Below, one piece after another: positions 1 to 19,083 of a stretch of 64,000 bases of DNA. Numbering within the stretch: the first letter of the stretch is position 1; every line of letters begins with the position of its first letter. The stretch comes from the human T2T-CHM13v2.0 reference genome, Homo sapiens. The stretch lies in the NCBI RefSeq assembly GCF_009914755.1, contig NC_060947.1. One strand, written 5' to 3'. Made by a program: the position numbers and the translations under genes. The notes under the pieces were generated by a model. The model saw only the letters and a program-made list of their open reading frames with translations. It did no database searches and was not told the origin of the DNA.

Positions 1-492
1 CTATGGGCTGAAACATTTGGTGAAAAGTAAAAATCTTAAAAGCAGACTAGAAGGTATCACAACTGAAAACTCTTCTTTTGGGACTTGAAAAGTTTTCCAG
101 CAGGTACTACTGTGTAACTTATTTAGTTCCACTGTACACAAGGACTATTATCAGGAATGAAGATAAAAGATAAAAGTTGGACATTGGGGATTTTTACAGA
201 TACATAATAGTCGTACATATTTATTGACATTGGGTTTTATTTGCATGGATTTCTAATCCTTACATAGATGTGATTTGGGGAGAATGATGGTTTAAAGCTT
301 TGCCTCCCAAGTATAACACTTTTACCATTTTTATATGAGTTTAGCTAAGAATTAAAATAGTAAATTAAGCTGCTATGCTCACATGAGTTTAAAAGATTTT
401 CATGATGACAAGGATTCAGTGTTTCACCCCTGGGTGAATACTGATTTTGGTTTTCTATGTTCTTAATTTCTATAGATGTTGTTTCAAGGTAA

Positions 493-783
<291 letters not shown>

Positions 784-1140
784 TAAGCTAAAGCAAAAGA
801 ATTACAAAGATGGTTAATACAAAGTCTTACTCATCTTGAGTTCGGACTAGTCAAAGAAAGAAAGGTAAGTAGTTATCTATACCTTACCTATCTATCCACA
901 CATCCAGCATCTGAGCACATTAGTTTATTAGGCAAGATATGTATACTGGGGGAATCTTTAGTGTCAACAGTCAGTTAAGGGGGAAAAAAGCTCATGAAAT
1001 TGGTATTCTGTTGGATAAATTAGTAGCTTGACATAGATTCTAGTGTAAAGCTCTTTTCTGTTTGTGCTCAGAAATCACTTAAGCATAAGGCTAAATATCA
1101 AGGTAATGAAATCCAATTATTTATGTATATATGGAAATAG

Positions 1141-1407
<267 letters not shown>

Positions 1408-1589
1408 TGACTTAACTATGAGCCCAACTGTGTGTATGTTCCAAATAAAATCACATCAAATCCAATTCCACTAATTTGGAAGTGGCGATTATAAGGAAAG
1501 AGATGGGGGTGAGATAGATAGAGCATAGTATTAATGTAAGTAGGATGGTAGTGGGAATACTTAGGAGAATTGATATTTCATTATTTTTC

Positions 1590-2100
1590 TTTTTCACTTA
1601 ACAAATGTTTATTGAACTTCTGCTCTATAAAAGATACTCTGCTAGGTACTTAAGGCTATATAAAGATGTATCAGATAAGGGTCCTCCCTTAAAAGTATGT
1701 AGACCAGGAGACATTAAAGCATATTCATTAAGAAACAAAAATCAAGTGAGAAAAACTGTTAGAGAAATATAAATTCCTGTCATGATTTATAACAAGGAGA
1801 AACTATTTTTCATCTGGAGGAGTCAGAGAAGGCTTCGTGGAAAAGGTAGCATTTGCAAGTCTTAAAAATTGGTGAATTTTGGACATATGGAAATGGAATG
1901 AAAAGAACATGCCAGGTGATGGAATCCATGTAACCGAACATAGGTAGAGGTAAACGTAAAGTATGTATAGGACCATGTTTGTTTAGTTTGGTAGAAACAT
2001 AGGGTGGATGAAGTGAAGTAGTTGGAGAAAAAAAATCAATAAGGTAGATTGGGATAGAGCTGGAGTTTGAATTTTATTTTATAGGCAGTGGAGGAATCAT
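1590..2100. mobile_element. Ancient L2 LINE fragment
   Basis: 'cacttaacaaatgtttattgaac' L2 3'-end-like motif followed by degenerate purine-rich body. Confidence 0.5.
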
Positions 2101-3121
2101 TGGAAAAAAATTATTTAGGAGCACACAATCAATTAGGATAGGCTAGACTGCTAACACAAACACAGATAATAGATGAAACAGTATAATTTTATTTCTTGAA
2201 GGAATAAACAAAGGAGATTGACTCTTCAGGTCAGTAGGCAGCTCTCCTCCATGAGATTATTCAGGAACTTAGACTGTAGACTGACAGCAGACTGTCATTT
2301 TCAAAACAAACCTTCCCGAGTACATTTTCATCACCATTAGCACTCACAGGAACAGGGAAAGAGCATGGAGAAACAACTGTGAAAGATTTTATGGGCTAGG
2401 CTTGAAAGGGGCAAATATCACTTCATGCACATTCTATTGGATGATCTTAGTCACGTGGATACACCTATTCACAAGGAAGTCTGTGGAGTATAGCGTGGCT
2501 GAGCAGACATGAGCAGCTACTATGGAAGAAGAGGAGATTGGAATGTCATGGATAGGTAGCACTCTGTGCCATACGTTTATTTATAATGGGTTGAATACCT
2601 GTAATTGTTACATGTCAATACTACCTATCCACTGTAACTTGTCAATAGAGATTTTTTTTTTTTGAAAAACTGTTTAAGTGAATGGAACATCTAAATGGCA
2701 AGGATTTTTAGCATATTTTAGGATCTCTGAAAGGTACAAAAGAAGCATAATGCTTCTTTTCTCAAAGAGCTTATACTCACAGACCCTGTGATATTGTCTA
2801 TAAGCAGTAGTTTAGAGATAGCTTCAAAATAGGCAGCACTTAATATTGACTTCTAAAAGATGAGAGCAAAGTTAGAAACATGGAGGGCAGGAGGAAAGTT
2901 ATTTGGGGCTAAAGTATGAGTGATACCATTCAGGTGAGAATAAGCCCACCTTGGGAGATAAGATTGGCTAGGTTCACATTGGAATAAAAAAGTAAATTTG
3001 TATGGCACAAGATCATGAAGAATCTTTCAAGCCTGGGAAAAGAATTTAAACTTAATATGGTAGACAGATTTTGTTGGTTTTGATCAAAAACCCACGTGAG
3101 ACACATGGCTGGCTAGCTTGC

Positions 3122-3165
<44 letters not shown>
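3122..3165 (+). repeat. (TCTA)11 tetranucleotide microsatellite
   Basis: 11 perfect units read directly. Confidence 0.97.
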
Positions 3166-3166
<1 letters not shown>

Positions 3167-3199
3167 TCTGTCTCTCTAATCTTTTCTATCATCTGTCTC

Positions 3200-5600
3200 C
3201 ATCTATCTATCTAATGTTGATATATAATTCACTTACCACAAACGTCACCCCTTTAGTGGTCTCTCATATATTCACAAAGTTGTGCAAACCTTCACCATTA
3301 TCTAATTCCAGAACATTTTCATCACCCTAAAAAGAAGCCCCATATCCATTAGCAGTTACTCCCCATTTCTCCTACTACCAACCCAAGCAATCACTGATCT
3401 ACTTTCTAGCTCTATGAATATGCCTATTGTGCACATTTTATATAAATTGAGTGATACAATATGTGATCTTTTGTGCCTGCCTTCTTTTACTTAGCATATC
3501 ATTTTCAAAGTTCATCCATGTTGTAGCATGTATCAGGACTTCTTTCTTATGATTTAATAATATTCCATTATATGGATATATACCACATTTTGTTTATTCA
3601 ATGTTAATAGTTATTTGAGATGTTTTCTTGTTTTGGCTGTTGTGAATAATGCTGCTATGAATATTCATGTACAAGTTTTTTATGGACATTGCTTTATTAT
3701 TCTTGTGGGTAAATATCTTGAAGTGAAATTTCTGGGTTATATGATAACTGTCTGTTTAACATTTTGGCGCACTGTCAAACTATTTTCCAAAGAGACTGCA
3801 CCATTTTATATTCCCTCCAGCAATGTATGAGGGTTCTATTTTTTCTTTGTCTTTATTTTATTTTATTTTTTTACCAAATCTCCCCTTCATTGTATGTACA
3901 AGGATTCTAATTTCTGCACATCCTTGACAACACTTCTTAATTGTCTTTCTTTTTGATTGCAGCCATTCCGGTGAGCGTGAAGTGGTGCCTTGGCACTCTT
4001 GTTGAAAATTAGTTGACCATAAATGTTAGAGTTTATTTCTGGACTCTCAATTCTATTCCATTGATTTATACTTCTACCCTTATACCAGTGCCACATTGTC
4101 TTGATTACTGCATCTGTGTAGTAAGTTTTGCAATCAGGAAGTGTGAGTTCTTTAACTTTGTTCTTTTCTAAGATTGTTTTGGCTCTTTTAGTTCCTTGTA
4201 TTTCCATACAAATTTTAGGATCAACTTGTCAATCTCTGCAAACAAGAAAAAAAAAAGGCAGCTGGGATTTTGATAGTCATCATATTGAATCTGTAGATCA
4301 ATTTCGGGAGTATTTCATATTAACAATATTAACTCTTCCAACCCATAAACACAAGATGTCTTTCCTTTTCATTTATTTAATCATTCTTTAATCTGTCTCA
4401 TCCAAAGATGTTTTATAGTTTTCAGTGTTCAAGGCTTGTACTTCCTTTGTTAATTTTATTTCTAAGTATTTTAATTTTTTGTTATTATAGTAAATTGAAT
4501 TGTTTTCTTGATTTCATGTTTTGATTGTTTGTTGCCAGCATATAGAAATACAACTGATAACTGATCTTGTGTTCTGTAAGTTTGCTAAGCTTATTTATTA
4601 GTTCTAGTAGATTTTTTTGTGGATTAATTAGGATTTTCTATATACAAAATCATGGCATCTGAATAGTGTTACTTTTACTTCTCTTATTCCAGTATGGATG
4701 TCTTTTTTTCCCTTATTCTTGCCTAGTTGACCAGGCTAGAACCTTCGGTACAATGTTGAATAGAAGTGGTAAGAATGCATGTCCCTGTCTTGTTATTTAT
4801 CTTAAGGGGAGTAATCAGTCTTTCACCATAAAGTATAATGTTAACTGTGGGTTTCTTGTAGATCATCTTTATCAGGTTGCGGAAGTTCTCTTATATTGCT
4901 AGTTTGTTGAGTGTTTTTATCATGAAGGAGTATTGATTTTGTCAAATGATTTTTCTGTGTCAATTGAGATGATCATGTTATTTTTTCCATATATATATAT
5001 ATATAAACATATATATATAAACATATATATATATACACACACACACATATATATAAACATTGATGGATTGTTATATGTTGAATCACTTTTGCTTTCCCAG
5101 AATAAATCCCACTTGGCCTTTTGGGATCCTTTTTATGTGTTCTTAAGTTCAGTTTGCTAGCATGTTGTTGAGGATTTTTATGCTTATATTTGTAAGATAT
5201 ATTGATATATAGTTTTTTTGTGATGTCTTCGTCTACTTTGGGTGTCTAGGTTTCTTAGAATAAGTTGGATAGCGTTTCCTCCTTTCCTATTTTTTGAAGA
5301 GTTTATGAAGAATTGGTGGTAATTATTCTCTAAATGTTTGGTAGAATTTGCCAGTGAAGCCATCTGCTCTTAGAGTTTGCTTTGTGGAAAGTTTTTTCAT
5401 TACTAAGTCAATCTCTTTATTTATTATAGGTCTATTTCACTTTTCCCATTTTAGTTTCAGTAGTTTGTGGTTTTTTTTAGAAACTCGTCCATTTTATCTA
5501 GATTATCTAATTTGTTGGCATATAATTTTTCATCATAATCACTTATAATCTTTTTTACTTCTATAAGGTTGATAGTTCTCTATTTCCTGGCTATAATAAT
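3200..5600 (-). mobile_element. Old L1M-type LINE-1 (3' UTR + ORF2 remnant), antisense
   Basis: ORF 3887..4207 resembles L1 ORF2 ([29 protein letters not shown]). A (TA)/(CA) tract is embedded at ~4989-5056. Confidence 0.85.
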
Positions 5601-5817
5601 TTGAGTCCCCCTTCTCACACTCTTGCTCTTGCACACTCTCACTTTTGCACTCTTGATCTCTCACTCGCACTATCTCGTTCTTGCTCTTTTTTTTTGGAAA
5701 ATTTTTTTAGTTAGGCTACCTAAAAATATTTCTATGTTTTTTATCCTTTTTGTCTTTTTTAATCTTTTCAAAGAACCAACTTTTGCTTTTGTTGATTTTT
5801 CTCTATTTCTAGTCTTT

Positions 5818-6089
5818 TTTTTAATTATATTTTAAGTTTTAGGGTACGTGTGCACAATGTGCAGGTTAGTTACATAGGTATACATGTGCCATGCTGGTGT
5901 GCTGCACCCATTAACTCATCATTTAGCATTAGGTATATCTCCTAATGCTATCCCTTCCCCCTCCCCCCACCCCACAACAGTCCCCAGAGTGTGATGTTCC
6001 CCTTCCTGTGTCCATGTGTTCTCATTGTTCAATTCCCACCTATGAGTGAGAATATGCGGTGTTTGGTTTTTTGTTCTTGCAGTTAGAAT
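5818..6089 (-). mobile_element. Young, heavily 5'-truncated L1PA (L1PA2/3-like) 3' end
   Basis: Near-consensus L1PA 3' UTR. TSD TATTTCTAGTCTTT at 5804-5817 and 6090-6103. Confidence 0.92.
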
Positions 6090-6573
6090 TATTTCTAGTC
6101 TTTATCACTTTCTGCTCGCACAAAGCTGGAAGATTAGCTGGAGATAAGAGCTTAGGTCTTTTCTGTTCTTTCCTAAGAATACATACAACTGTGAGTATAC
6201 ATAAAGCCATATGCATGTAGTTGGCCTTCTGGGTTCCCAGGAATATGTCACAGTTTTTCAAAGCCCCCACTTTTCTTTTAACACTTTGTTAGCGTATTGT
6301 TTGGCCCAACTGCTATCCACTGCCTTGGATAGCCACATGTTCAACAACTGCCTCTGATTGTTTTCAACAAACACCACAGGGGAAAAGGCTGTTTACACCA
6401 GAGGAGCTCTGTGTCAAGTCAAATAAAGACAGTCTTGTGAGAGGAGTCTTCCAGGGAACCACTAGACAAGTCAAATAACAACAATTATTTGGGAATGGGG
6501 CTTTGCTGGAGTTCCAACCCCAATCTGTTCCATTCAGTAGCTACTAGGTACTGGTTTCCACTGTAATTGCTAG

Positions 6574-6919
<346 letters not shown>

Positions 6920-7289
6920 TAGATGTTGGTTTTTAAGGCTACTGTGAAACTGGGGAGGGGGGTGGGAATAGGGCAATTTAAAATGCCACAGAGCTTACTG
7001 GTTTTACTGAGATTCAGCCATTTTATTAAATAAATGCTACCTGAATTGCTGTAAGCTATTGGTTAATTTCCAGAGTTCTAAAGTTGATTCCGATGACTTT
7101 TGTCAGTGTTCTTGTTGCTTTTATAGAGGAGAGCATTTTTAGAAGTTCTTACTCTGCCATTTTTACTACATCCCCTCCTAGTATGGCTTCTTGCATGGGA
7201 AAATGATTCAGTAAAAACTAAGCTTGACATCAAACAGTGTACTAGATTAGGCAAGAAATTGGCATAGTTAATATACAAATCTATATGAA

Positions 7290-8010
7290 AGGTATGAAAG
7301 TATAAAAATGAGCAATGGACATGAAAGGATTAATCACAGAAGAGAAAATACAGGTTGATGTTAAAGTCTGAAAAAGAAAGTTCAACCTCAAAGAAATTAA
7401 AATTAAAACAATGAGCTACCATTTTTCACTATCAAATCAATAAAGATGATTATAGTTATTACGATTCACAATATTGGCAAAGATGCAGTGAAATAAACAT
7501 TTAAACACTATTGGTCAGAAATATAAATTGGTATTTTCTTTCAGGAATTTAATTTGGCAATAATATGAAGTCTTTTAAAAATACCATGTGACCAAACAAT
7601 TTCATTTCTAGGTATGTGTCCTGAGAAAAAAGTATAGTTGGATGAAAATTTATATAAAAAAGATAACCATTGCAGCATTATATGTAATAGTAAAAAATTT
7701 GAATTAACCTAAATGTCCAACAATAGTAGAATGGTTAAATAATTTATATTAGATCCACCTTAGATTTTTTTAGTCATTAAAAATACTGTTTTAGAAGAAT
7801 ATTTAGTGGCATTGAATATTACTATATAGTGCTAAGCAAAAAAATAAAGATTTAGTACACAGTGTGATACAAATTTTAGGAGAAAAAGGAAGAAAAAACT
7901 GCAGAAAAATATATCAACTTGTTAACAGTTTATTTCTGGGTACATAGGATACAAGAGGTTTTATTTTCTCATTCATACTTTTCCATTCTCTCCAAATTCT
8001 ATCCATTAAG
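7290..8010 (+). mobile_element. Ancient L1ME-type 3' fragment
   Basis: Degenerate L1 ORF2-end/3' UTR motifs (aacctaaatgtccaacaatag..aatggttaaataa). Confidence 0.6.
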
Positions 8011-8697
8011 GATTTATTACTTTATAATAAGGGATGTGGCAATGTATATAAAAGTAATGATCTGACATTTGTATGCAAGATAGGTAAGAAGCAGCAGCAA
8101 GTTAGAGTGGTAGTGGGAATGGGAAGGAAAAAGCAAATCCGAAAGACGTTTTATAAGAAGAAACTCTAGGATATGAAACAGATGCAGCAGATAGAGGGTT
8201 TTCAGCATAATCAAAACTAGGATAGGTAAGAAGAATCCTACTTGATAGGGGAAAGAAGATATTCAGTTTTGGACAAAATTGAGGATGATTCATATCTGAG
8301 GGCTATTTCTTTATAGGTAGTTGGAAATACAGATGAAGTTCGTTTTCTTTCGTTTTAGTATGTCTTTGAAAATTATGTAGGCTTTTTTCAGATTAGTGAT
8401 AATTAAGGTTTTTCACTCTTCGAAATTAGAGAGGTTTTGCTTATTATGTTCTGTATTTATTATATTACTGCTTCACTTTTCTTGAATGTTACTTTATAAA
8501 ATAACTGATTATCAAATGTTAGCCTGACTTCACCTTGTTTTGCCTTGGACTGGCTCAGAGTTCTCATGTTTCCACTGTTATTACACTATTATTACTCTCA
8601 GTTGTTCTTGTTGCTGTCAAAAACTATTATGTTTGAAGAAGTATAATTATTACTTGAGCAATATTTGCTTTTTAATACTGTTTTCTATGAATTTTAG

Positions 8698-8943
<246 letters not shown>

Positions 8944-9280
8944 TAAAATGCAAGCAATATCAAAATGTCACATTCACTGACATTCTCAAAAGAAGAGCTT
9001 TTTGTACTGAATGTATAGTCAGAAAGATTGTTTAATATGTTGCTTTTAAAAATAAAATACCTGGTCTGTTTCTTAACAAAAATGGAAGCATTAAGTTTAT
9101 AAACTCTATGTTGCTAAAACAATGGTGATCTCAAGTATCCACAGCTACTGGTGAATTTTTGTAGTTTTTTGATGGGAGGGAGATTTCAATCTGCTTAAAA
9201 TCTCCATATTTGTATGAATTATATAGATATTTGCAAGATTTCAAAGAAGGATCGAGTTCTTAGTTTGTTAATTGTATAAT

Positions 9281-9588
9281 TTTTATTTTATTTTATTTTA
9301 TTTTATTGAGACGGAGTCTTGCTCTGTCGCCCAGGCTGGAGTGCGGCCTCGGCTTACTGCAAGCTCCACCTCCTGGGTTCACGCCATTCTCCTGCCTCAG
9401 CCTCCCGAGTAGCTGGGACTACAGGCACCCGCCACCACGCCTGGCTAATTTTTTTTTTTTTTGTATTTTTAGTAGAGACGGGGTTTCACCGTGTTAGCCA
9501 GGATGGTCTCAATCTCCTGACCTCGTGATCCACCCACCTCGGCCTCCCAAAGTGCTGGGATTACAGGTGTGAGCCACCGCGCCTGGCC
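9281..9588 (-). mobile_element. AluY-like element with small internal deletion
   Basis: AluY diagnostics (gcaagctcc, cacgccattc, gtgttagccaggatggtc) and a (TTTTA)n tail. Confidence 0.92.
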
Positions 9589-9756
9589 AATATTTTCTTT
9601 AATCATCAAATATTTACAGATCTGTGACCACTTACCTTAAAACTTATGAATGGTCTCTTTGTACCGTAATAGGCTTTCAGGATTGTGGTTAGGTCATCGA
9701 TTTTACTGTCTTTCATTATAATTATTTGTGTATTTTTTTTTTTTTTTTTTTTTTAG

Positions 9757-9818
9757 GTTCAGATGATTTTATGCCACTAGTAAGAATCCAAGGACAATGT
9801 GTTATTGGGGAGAAGTAG
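9757..9818 (+). CDS. TBC1D8B: TBC1D8B alternative terminal exon (short isoform ending GSDDFMPLVRIQGQCVIGEK*)
   Basis: T22 tract + ag acceptor, in phase with exon 8698-8815. TAG at 9816-9818. AATAAA at 10131, 10313 and 10324. Confidence 0.8.
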
Positions 9819-10526
9819 AAAAAGGAAAATCTGGGGTAGCACCTGGCATGCTCTTTCTCCAATTTTCTACTACTTACTCCTATTCCCCAAATTCTCCCAT
9901 CAAGGAGGAAATGAACTCTGAGACAGAAGATGAGTTTTCCTCAAAGCTTGACCAGGATATAAGTGGATGCCTTATTGGGCAAAGCAGAGGGTAACCAATT
10001 AGAAGGCCCTGGCTTCTCTTGATTGATAGCTGAGAACTCATCAGAGGGATCAGTGCTTTCTCTGTGTATTGCTGGAGTCTGAAAGTGTGACTCTCATGTC
10101 ACTGATTCATTTCTGAAGTGTTAAATTCAGAATAAATTTTTGATAATCAAAATGAACTTAGAGAACTTTGTTGTTTGGCATTGTCAAGAGTGAAGAATTC
10201 TAATTATTTGTGTATTTATCTTGTGTTATGCTAGATATTAAACTCCCTGAACATGAGACTATTTCATTAATTGGTATAGCTCTTATAATACCTAGTACAG
10301 GTCTCTGCATATAATAAAGACTCAATAAATAACTCTTCAAATGAATTTGAATTGTGTTTCTGAAGTACATGACACTACTAGCAGTTAGATGTATAAAATA
10401 CAGAAGAGGTTCTGAAAGAGTTCATAATTTAAGGAAGAAGAATGAGATACATCAGCATGCTAATAGAAGTGGGGAGGTATGGAAACAAGTCCTTTTGAAA
10501 AATGTTTATTTTTAAACTTCTTTTGA

Positions 10527-10844
<318 letters not shown>

Positions 10845-11619
10845 TAAATCTGGAGGAGATTTGAGAGATGATGTTGTTCAATCCCCTATTTTACAGAGGA
10901 AACTGAGCCCTAGAAATTTCAGTTTGTCCGAGATTACAAAACCACTTGAATGAAAGAGCTACACCTAAAGTCCAGTCCTCTATCTCCAGAAAAAATATAG
11001 CAAGAATAAATCACTTTGAAGTGAACCACTAAATTATGTACACATTTACACTAATATTGTTGATTCAGTATGCTAGGACTTTCATATTCCCAGTTTGAGC
11101 TATAAAGTGTCTATGTAGAATTAGTTCAAGCAGGAAAAGCATAGTTGATAATGTTAAATATCCAGTGGCCGGGAAGTTATTCTGGTTTCTATGTGGTTTC
11201 AGGTGGGTTGAACTTTATTTTCCTAGTAGCTTCTGTATGAATGCTATTTTGTATTGGAGCACATGTGTTGTATGTGTGTGTATGTGTATATGCACACATT
11301 TGTATATGCTAAATGAATAAATTTGAGTGGGCAACTATCATAATGCCACATGAAATCCCATTATGTACAGAATAAAATACAAACATCTTACTCTGGCATT
11401 CAGAACTCTGTGGTAAGGGCTCAGTGTACCTTTCTTCACTTATTTCCCCCTATATGCTTCTACATACCCTATATTCCACTCTTACTGAGCTGTGTGGTAT
11501 TTGCCAAGTACTCTCTGAGCCTGTTTGCTTCCTTCAAAACCCCAAAATGATTCCTACACTATCCCATTTCCCTCACCCATGCCCTCCTAATGCTCAACCA
11601 TCTTCAAACTCCACTTCTT

Positions 11620-11913
<294 letters not shown>

Positions 11914-11928
11914 CAAGTTCCACTTCTT

Positions 11929-13903
<1,975 letters not shown>

Positions 13904-13955
13904 TCATAAGACCTTCCCTTGTCCTCTCAGTTGAAAGTAACCTCTAACTAACTAG

Positions 13956-14180
<225 letters not shown>

Positions 14181-14685
14181 TAAATATATTAGCTAGCATA
14201 TTTAAAATGATTGAACTATGGTCTATCTCTAATGGTATATTAAGTGTAAGATAATAATGCAAGTAGACATACAACTTAAAATCCAACTTAACTTTTAAAA
14301 TGAGTTCTGTGAACTGTTCTAGGTTGTGTAACCTCCTCTGCCTCAATTTGTTTTTCATTAAATGAAATTAAATTCACTTGCTTTCACAAATAATGACCAC
14401 TTTAAACATCTATCACTGGATTAAAAGGTGAATTATTCTCATTATTATTATTCACTTCTTAGAGATTAAGAATTTTACCTATATTTTTGTACTTAGTCTA
14501 TTCACATAGTAGATGGAATTCTCTCCAGTGAATATATTTAAAAACTGAAACGTGGGAGGTAAAAATTTGCAAAATCATTGAACAAGTCAGGAAATTCCCT
14601 AGAAATAGAATCAAGGCCTCCAAGAATTCAGTCTGATAAAACTGAATTGTAAAAGAAAAAGTGGATGTTTATTATGAGTGAGTAG

Positions 14686-14844
<159 letters not shown>

Positions 14845-15029
14845 TAATTTTTTTTTTCTATAACTTTCTTTAGAAATTATCTTCTGGGCGAATAAAATGA
14901 AAAGGACTAAACTTTTGAGCTAGATCCTTGCCAAGGTTTACCCTATGGTAAATTCTTTTTTAGAGAAAATACATTATTTTCTTCTGGTTGAATTATGTTG
15001 CTTTCTCCAACATGTTTTGTACTATTTGA

Positions 15030-15328
<299 letters not shown>

Positions 15329-15789
15329 GCAGCTCAGTGTTGAATGCTATCATGTTGGCATTTAAGCATAACATATTTGTGATGTGCTGCATCAGTAAGA
15401 ACAGCCGATCTACATAGTAGTCAGTGCTCCAATGAATATTATTATCCTTGGATACCTAAAGTAAATACTATGTTTTAAATACTTGTCTTTTTAATATTTG
15501 GATGGCTCCATAAGCAACTGTTAATATTGGTTGCCTTTGGTGAATCGGATTAATAGATTGCTGGTCAGAAGGAGGAGAGTTTTACTTTGCTGTTTATATT
15601 CTTCTGTACTGTTTGAGCTTTTATCATGACCATGTGTTGTTTTTGTAAACCTACTTGCTTAAAGGCCAAGGTCCTCAGAGATACAAATCTGGGAAGATTA
15701 ATGTTTCTGAAGATTCCAGGTTTAGATTTCAATTGAATAATTCAGTGAGGTTACTGTGACATAGTTAGCATAGGGCCCCTTGTTTTAGT

Positions 15790-17665
15790 TTTTATATGTT
15801 AGCATTTTTAAAAATTTACTGAAGTAATACATGCTCACTGTAAATAATTTAAGCATTACATAAATGTAAAAAGTAGATTCCCCACCCCAGAAGTAACCAT
15901 CTTAAAATAATTTGGCATATATCCTTTCAGATCTTTTATCTAGGTGTCTGCACACATGCATGTGTATTGGAAGGATATAGTTTTTGAAATGAGATCATAC
16001 CAGTCACTTTGCTCTGCAACTTTTTTCATTCAGAAATAGATCATGGTTATTGAATATCAGTAAATATAGATCTACCTCACTCTTCCTAATGCATTGAATA
16101 GTATGCCATAATATGGATATGCTATAATTTATTCACTGCTGATGTACATTTAATATGTCTCCCTTTTTTGCTCTTACAAATAATACTTTATGTAAACATT
16201 CTTGTATATCTATTCTTTGCAAGATAGATATCTGGAAGTGGAAGCTGGGTAAAAGGGTATGCCCATTTAAAATTTGACAGGTCCCTGCCAAATTATGCTT
16301 CAAAAGATTTTGCCAAATTGTAATCCCACCAGCAGCCTGTAAGAATGCCCCTTTCCCCACATTCTCACTAACACCAGATATTTAAAATCTTGAATTTGTT
16401 GGCCAGGCATGGTGGCACACACTCGTAGTCCCAGCTACTCAGGAAGCTGCGACGGGAGGATCACCTTGAGCCTGGGAGTTCCAGGCTACAGTAAGCTATA
16501 ATCATGCCACTGCACTCCAGCCTGGGCAACAGAGCTAGACCTTGTCTCTAAAACAAACAAAACAAAACAAAATCTTCAATTTGTGCCAATGTGATAGATC
16601 AAATACTTTTAAGGTTTCAATTCACTGATCACATATGTTTATTAGCCTTTTTAATTTCTTCTCTTAATTGCCTATTCATAGCCTTTGCTTATTTTTCTAT
16701 GAGATTGTCTTAAGTATTGATTTGTAGAAGCTCTTTTGACTATTAGTAGTACCAGTTCTTTGTCAGCTATATTTGTGGCCTAATATTTTCCCCTAGTCTT
16801 ATTATTTCTTTCATTATCTTTATAATGTCTTTCAGATTATACAAGTTACAAATTTTCTTGAAGTCTTTCTCTTTTTTATTACATGATATCTGGGTTTCAT
16901 ATCAAACTTAGCAGGCTTTCCCTATTTAAAATTATATAAATTATAAAAATATTTTTTCATATTGGCCTATAGTACTGGTATTGCTTTTTTAACATTTAGA
17001 ACTTTAATATACCTAGAGTATATTTTTTTATTATGTAATATTATGTTTTTCCAACCAAAATCACTCATTTTCTAAAAACCAATTATTAAATAGTTTATCC
17101 TCACAGTACTCTACTTTCTTCATATGCTAAATTCTTATATACATACATGGGCTTTATTTTTGGACTCTCTTTTTTTGTTACTACAACAGTACCACACTCT
17201 TTCAATTACCATAGTTTGTCTACTTTGAAATCTGGTAAGGCTTTTATTCATTTTAACAGTCTGTCTTTTTAAATGTTCTTTAGTAAGCATTTTAATTTTC
17301 ATCATCTAGGTCTTACACATTTCTTATTGGGTTTATTCTACCCCTATATATTTTATGGTTTTGCTGCTAATATGAATGAGATCATTTTTCCTTTACATTG
17401 CCTAATTCTTTATTGGCTGTGTGTGTAAAAGTTATTGATTTGGGTATGTTGCTTTTCTAAGTGGTCGCATTATTGACTCTCATTAATTGTACTATTTTTT
17501 TTAGTTGACCTCGAATTTTCTGAATAGACAAGCATGTCATTTCCAGTCTTAGAATTTTGACCCTTCCTAACATTTATACCTCTTTTCTTTTTTCTGTGTT
17601 ATTGCATTAAGTAGGATCTTCAGAGAATTATTGAATAATAGCAGTAGAAGCAGGCTTCTTTGTCT
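15790..17665 (-). mobile_element. Ancient L1M fragment, antisense
   Basis: Degenerate L1 3' UTR/ORF2 text, T-rich. Confidence 0.65.
16401..16570 (+). mobile_element. Alu monomer (FLAM/FRAM-like)
   Basis: Single arm with an (AAAAC)n tail. TSD AAAATCTT(G/C)AATTTGT on both sides. Confidence 0.85.
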
Positions 17666-17670
17666 TATTC

Positions 17671-17963
<293 letters not shown>

Positions 17964-18780
17964 GCAGGTTTGTTATATAGGTAAATTATGTGTCACAGGG
18001 TTTCGTGTACAGATTATCTCATCACACAGGTAATAATGGTACTCAATAGGTAGTTTTTTGATCTTCACCCTCCTCCCACCCTCCATACTCATGTAGGCCC
18101 CTGTTTCTATTGTTTCCCTCTTTGTGTCCATGTGTACTCAATGTTTAGCTCCCACTTATAAGTGAGAACATGCAGTATTTGGTTTTCTTTTCCTCTGTTA
18201 GTTCACTTAGGATAACGGTCTCCAGCTCCATCCATGTTGCTCCAAAGAACATAATATTATTCTTTTTTATGGCTGCATAATATTCCATGGTGTATATTGA
18301 CCACATTTTCTTTATCCAGTCTACTGTTGATGGGCATCTAAGTTGATTCCATGTCTTTGCTATTGCAAATAATGCTGTGACATACATACACATACATGTG
18401 TCTTTATGGTAGAATAATTTATATTCCTTTAGGTATATGCCCAGTAATGGGATTTCTGAGTTGAATGGTAGTTCTCTGTTAAGTTCTTTGTGATATCTTC
18501 AAACTGCTTTCCACAGTGGCTGACTTAATTTACATTTCCACCAGCAGTGTATTAGCATTCCCTTTACTCCACAACCTCACCAGCATCTTGTTATTTTTTG
18601 ACTTTTTAATAATCATCATTCTGATTGTGTGAGACGGTATCTCATTGTGATTTTGATTTGCATTTCTCTAATATTTAGTGATGTTGATCATGTGCTTGTT
18701 GGCTGCATGTAGGTCTTCTTTTGAAAAGTGTCTGTTCATGTCCTTTGCCCACTTTTTTATGGAGTTGTTTGATTTTTGGG

Positions 18781-19083
18781 TTTTGTTTTTTGTTTTTGTT
18801 TTGAGACAGAGTCTTGCTGTGTCACCCAGGCTGGAGTGCAGTGGTGCGATCTTGGCTCACTGCAAGCTCCGCCTCCCAGGTTCACGCCATTCTCCTGCCT
18901 CAGCCTCCTGAATAGCTGGAACTACAGGCATCCGCCACCATGCCCAGCTAATTTTTTGTATTTTTAGTAGAGACGGGGTTTCACCACATTAGCCAGGATG
19001 GTCTCAATCTCCTGACCTTGTGATCCACCCGCCTCAGCCTCCCAAAGTGCTGGGATTATAGGCATGAGCCACCACACCTGGCC
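18781..19083 (-). mobile_element. AluY-like element nested in L1
   Basis: AluY diagnostic positions; interrupts L1 ORF2. Confidence 0.92.

Noticed and set aside
3118-3330. ORF with (YLSI)n repeats
   Set aside because: Translation of the (TCTA)n microsatellite.
9797-9994. 65-aa ORF as the alternative exon product
   Set aside because: The splice phase from exon 8698-8815 dictates a different frame, which stops at 9818.
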